DNA of 64,000 nt from Promethearchaeota archaeon Loki_b32 (GTDB lineage Archaea > Asgardarchaeota > Lokiarchaeia > Sigyniarchaeales > SOKP01). Position numbers and translations under genes: made by a program. The DNA is taken from NCBI GenBank assembly GCA_005223125.1, contig NJBH01000016.1, positions 24,022-88,021 of the forward strand, in the 5' to 3' direction. The notes beneath the pieces are model-generated. The model searched no databases, was not told the DNA's origin, and saw nothing but the letters and a program-made list of their open reading frames with translations. This document shows, one piece after another, positions 60,590-64,000 of this stretch. Every line of letters begins with the position of its first letter. Position 1 is the first letter of the stretch.

Positions 60590-63472
60590 ATGAATTCCAA
60601 GGATAACCCGCTAAATTCAATTAAAAAGCATAGGGAGATTTATTTATATAAAGAGGAAGTTGAATTTCTTGAAGAGTTGGAGGATAAATTAGGAAAACAA
60701 ATAAAGTGTTTAAATACTGATAGTCCAGAAATATTGAAGAAACTTGAACAAATCTATAATGATGATACTAAGTATGAGTATTTAGCTGACCATGTTCCAG
60801 AAGTACCTGAAATGGTTTTAGATCCAATTAAAGCAGCTTTGAAAAATGCTGAGATGAAAAAACAGATGGATAATTGTTTCTTAGCAAAAGATAATCATAT
60901 AATATCTTTTAATGTCTCAAATCATAGGGAATATGAAAAAAAAGAATTGATTAATCTCCCAGATTCAATAAAAAATCTTACAGAGCTTGTCGAATTACGT
61001 CTATATGGTTTTAATTCTTTACCAAACAGCATTAAAGAATTAAGAAGATTGAGAATCTTATCCATAGTTTCTTATTTACAAGAAGAAATTTCAGATATTA
61101 TTTGTGAAATTCCAAATTTAGAAGAGTTAGAAGTTCTAGCAAAGTTTAGAAATTTGCCTGAGAGAATAGGAGATTTAAGGAAACTGAAATCTCTCCAATT
61201 ACATTATAATAGATTGAAAAAATTACCAGAGTCTATTGGGAATCTAAAAAATCTAGAAGTGTTAGAATTACGAGGAAACCTACTTCTGACTCTTCCGGAA
61301 ACTATAGGAAATCTTGAACAACTTAAAAAGATAGATATTTCAGAAAATCCCATTAAAACCCTACCAGAATCTTTTGGAAACCTTAAAAAAGTCAAGGAAT
61401 TGATACTATCTTCAAAGAAATTAAAAACTTTACCTGAATCTTTTTGTAGATTGGAAAATTTAGAAAAATTAGAAATAGATTATCATCTAGGTAGATTACC
61501 AGAAAGTTTTGGAGAATTAAATAGCCTTAAATATTTAAAACTCCATTGCGGAGGATTGGAATATTTATCAAACTCGTTTGGTAATTTGAAATCATTAATT
61601 GACCTTGATATTAGATGCCATGAACTAAAAGATCTTCCTATATCATTTGGGAATTTGAAAAAGTTAGAAAAATTAAATCTTGTATGTGCTGAATTAAGAT
61701 CTTTACCAGAGTCATTTAGTCAATTAAAGGAATTGAGAGAATTTAATCTTTCAACTGTTGATTTTCCATTGCTACCAGTTTCCTTTGGGGATCTAAAACA
61801 ATTAAAAATACTAAATTTGAATAGAATAGATTTAGAAAAATTACCAGATTCTTTTGGGAATCTAAAAAATTTAGAAATCTTAAAAATAAGCGGAAATAAT
61901 CTATATGATCTTCCCAATTCTTTTAAAGATTTACAGAAATTAAAAACACTTGAAATTGACCGAAATCCATTTGAAATACTGCCTTCACCAATAGGATTTT
62001 TAAAGAACATAGTGAATCTTAAAATTTGGTCTCAACATCTAAGTGTTTTGCCTGATAGTATAGGTAACATGGAAAACTTAGAGACACTTGAAATAGATGG
62101 AAAACTAAAAACGCTTCCAGAATCTTTTGGAAACTTACGAAAATTAAAATTATTAAAATTAAATAGGAATTATTTGAGAAGTCTGCCAGAATCCTTTGGA
62201 TGCTTAGATTCATTAGATGAATTGGATCTATCCTTTAATAAAATTACGAAATTGCCCATAAGCTTTAGTGAGCTCAAGAATCTTCAGGTCGTAAATTTGG
62301 AAAATAATGAGTTATTAGAACTCCCTCTAAATATAGGAAAACTCAAATCTCTCAAAATATTAAAATTGAGGCAGAATCAGCTAAATTTTCTTCCAGATAC
62401 TCTGAAAGAATTGGTAAATCTCGAGATTTTAGAATTAAATAGCAATAAGATTGAAAAATTACCTGAAGATTTATCAGGGCTAAATAATTTAAAGAAGATC
62501 GGATTATCTAACAATAATATCAAGTCAATCCCAGAATCAATTGGAATACTTAACAAATTAATTGACTTAAATCTTGATAACAACTATATAGTATATATAC
62601 CCGATTCTTTGAAGAATTTAGAAAACTTGGAGTGGTTAAACTTACAAAAAAATGATTTAAAAGAATTTCCCGATATTGTAGTACAATTGAGAAAATTAAA
62701 GAGAATTGAATTGAATGAAAATCCTTCTCTTGCTATGAATAAAGCAATATTTAACCTATATGATATTGATGACTTAAACTTTTCATTTTGGTCTGAGAAG
62801 CAGACATCCAAAAAGATCTCACCTGATTTTTTTGAAATTAACAATCCAAAAATGAAAAGGGAGATCAAAGAGATATTCCTCAATTCATTAAATATTATAA
62901 ATAATATTGATGACTTTCTTATTGGTTACATTAATGGTAAATTATATCTACGCGAATATATTCTTCGATTTGGACAAAGAGCGCAAAATGATATTAATAC
63001 ACTCACGGAAAGAGTTTATGATAAAGATCAAATACATTTATTAAAACAATTGAAAGAGGATTTAAACGAGCAAGAAGCAAAGAATAACCTTAAGATCCAA
63101 TTCATAAAATTATGTGACTATATAGGAACTTTAACTTATCCAATGGGGATTCTTTATCTCAGTGCGATGCTAAAAAAAAATCTATTTAAAAATATTGAAT
63201 ATTATGAGCTTTTTTGGTTTAATAAAATTAAAAAGGAACAACAAGAATTTAGAGAAAATGGAGTTTCAGCTTTCGAAACTTCTTTCAGAGTTTTTATTTC
63301 TGATGAGGAACTTAATAAGTATGCCGAGACTGTAGCTCAGCTTGAAAAAGAAAACCAAGCTGCCAAGCAAAGTACTGCTAATGATGGAGCACTGCATAAC
63401 CCTGTTCGTCAGTTAGAGGATATGGAGATAAGCAGGGTTAGGAATAAGTATCACTTCGTTCACATGAATTAA
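60590..63472 (+). CDS. Large leucine-rich-repeat protein; extreme C-terminus possibly chimeric
   Basis: About 25 tandem ~23-aa repeats of type LPESFGNLKxLxxLxLxxN; composition changes near 63360. Confidence 0.88.
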   Translation: MNSKDNPLNSIKKHREIYLYKEEVEFLEELEDKLGKQIKCLNTDSPEILKKLEQIYNDDTKYEYLADHVPEVPEMVLDPIKAALKNAEMKKQMDNCFLAKDNHIISFNVSNHREYEKKELINLPDSIKNLTELVELRLYGFNSLPNSIKELRRLRILSIVSYLQEEISDIICEIPNLEELEVLAKFRNLPERIGDLRKLKSLQLHYNRLKKLPESIGNLKNLEVLELRGNLLLTLPETIGNLEQLKKIDISENPIKTLPESFGNLKKVKELILSSKKLKTLPESFCRLENLEKLEIDYHLGRLPESFGELNSLKYLKLHCGGLEYLSNSFGNLKSLIDLDIRCHELKDLPISFGNLKKLEKLNLVCAELRSLPESFSQLKELREFNLSTVDFPLLPVSFGDLKQLKILNLNRIDLEKLPDSFGNLKNLEILKISGNNLYDLPNSFKDLQKLKTLEIDRNPFEILPSPIGFLKNIVNLKIWSQHLSVLPDSIGNMENLETLEIDGKLKTLPESFGNLRKLKLLKLNRNYLRSLPESFGCLDSLDELDLSFNKITKLPISFSELKNLQVVNLENNELLELPLNIGKLKSLKILKLRQNQLNFLPDTLKELVNLEILELNSNKIEKLPEDLSGLNNLKKIGLSNNNIKSIPESIGILNKLIDLNLDNNYIVYIPDSLKNLENLEWLNLQKNDLKEFPDIVVQLRKLKRIELNENPSLAMNKAIFNLYDIDDLNFSFWSEKQTSKKISPDFFEINNPKMKREIKEIFLNSLNIINNIDDFLIGYINGKLYLREYILRFGQRAQNDINTLTERVYDKDQIHLLKQLKEDLNEQEAKNNLKIQFIKLCDYIGTLTYPMGILYLSAMLKKNLFKNIEYYELFWFNKIKKEQQEFRENGVSAFETSFRVFISDEELNKYAETVAQLEKENQAAKQSTANDGALHNPVRQLEDMEISRVRNKYHFVHMN

Positions 63473-64000
63473 TACATCATATTTACATGTCAAGGGTCAA
63501 AGATCAAAGTCACACTGAAACATAAGGCAGTGATAAAAGGTTTTGATTGCAAAAAGTTCTTGATCCTTATTAAATGGTTTAATTGTAATTAGAACAGATG
63601 TTTATCACTACCTACTGAAGAACCAAATTAATTCTGGATCCAAGGACACGGTCTCTGTTAGATGTTGTAACAATGTTCTTTCACCATGACAACTAAAGTG
63701 CCAGTTGAAAGATTTTGACTGGACATTTACTCACTTCTTATTGTTGACCTGATTAAATATCTGTGCCAAGGGGTCAAGGTCAAGATCACTGAGACACAGT
63801 AAGAAATTACCCAATAACTCAATGATCAATTAAGGGGATTTGTTGTGACTAGACAGGCATACAATTTCATTATCCAGCACATGAACCGATTAGATTTACA
63901 AACTGATAGGGCAAAGGTCAAGGTCAACACAGGAGAGAAAATTTCATGGCTGCAAAAATGGCCTTCATTCTTACTTGAATGTGAAATGGGACAGATCGGA
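63360..64000. other. Compositionally foreign non-coding sequence with GGTCAAGGTCA-type repeats
   Basis: Motif variants at 63491-63513, 63767-63789 and 63909-63930; higher GC; no ORF after 63472. Left boundary is approximate. Confidence 0.55.

Noticed and set aside
60950-62750. ~69-bp DNA periodicity as a repeat array or DGR target
   Set aside because: Fully explained by LRR coding; no template/variable repeat pair or reverse transcriptase.
1471-62883. Many short antisense or overlapping ORFs in the track (e.g. 1471-1815, 12863-13507, 21586-22191, 46443-46961, 50098-50460, 57050-57358, 61204-62883)
   Set aside because: They lie opposite or inside well-supported genes and have the Ser/Ile/Phe-rich composition of shadow ORFs.

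Overview
AT-rich archaeal chromosomal segment, very probably Asgard (Lokiarchaeia-like). The call rests on archaeal information genes (Rpo3, eL18, uL13, uS9, thermosome, Sm, RIO2, Clp1) together with eukaryotic-signature-like proteins (three small-GTPase-fold genes, a gelsolin-like domain, a PPP phosphatase, a long LRR protein). Bases 1-54.9 kb are mostly housekeeping and metabolism: a heterodisulfide reductase cluster (HdrC, HdrB, a split HdrA pair, MvhD-wHTH, a fused HdrA) divergent from an FrhB-family gene, then PEPCK, TrpRS, TrmI, SHMT, aroA/aroC, a porGDAB operon interrupted by a PAS histidine kinase, and mutS/mutL. From about 54.9 kb there is an accessory, possibly defence-related island: a Zn-ribbon/Vsr-like nuclease, about 850 bp of very AT-rich spacer, a GC-rich structured RNA leader, a small PD-(D/E)XK nuclease, an HD hydrolase and an LRR protein. 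The best novel candidate is the ~280-nt element at 58581-58858. It forms two long gapless hairpins plus a competing helix that would bury the Shine-Dalgarno site and start codon of the downstream nuclease gene. The last ~600 bp look foreign (animal-like GGTCAAGGTCA repeats) and may be an assembly chimera. All annotations are by eye from motifs; no searches or folding programs were run.
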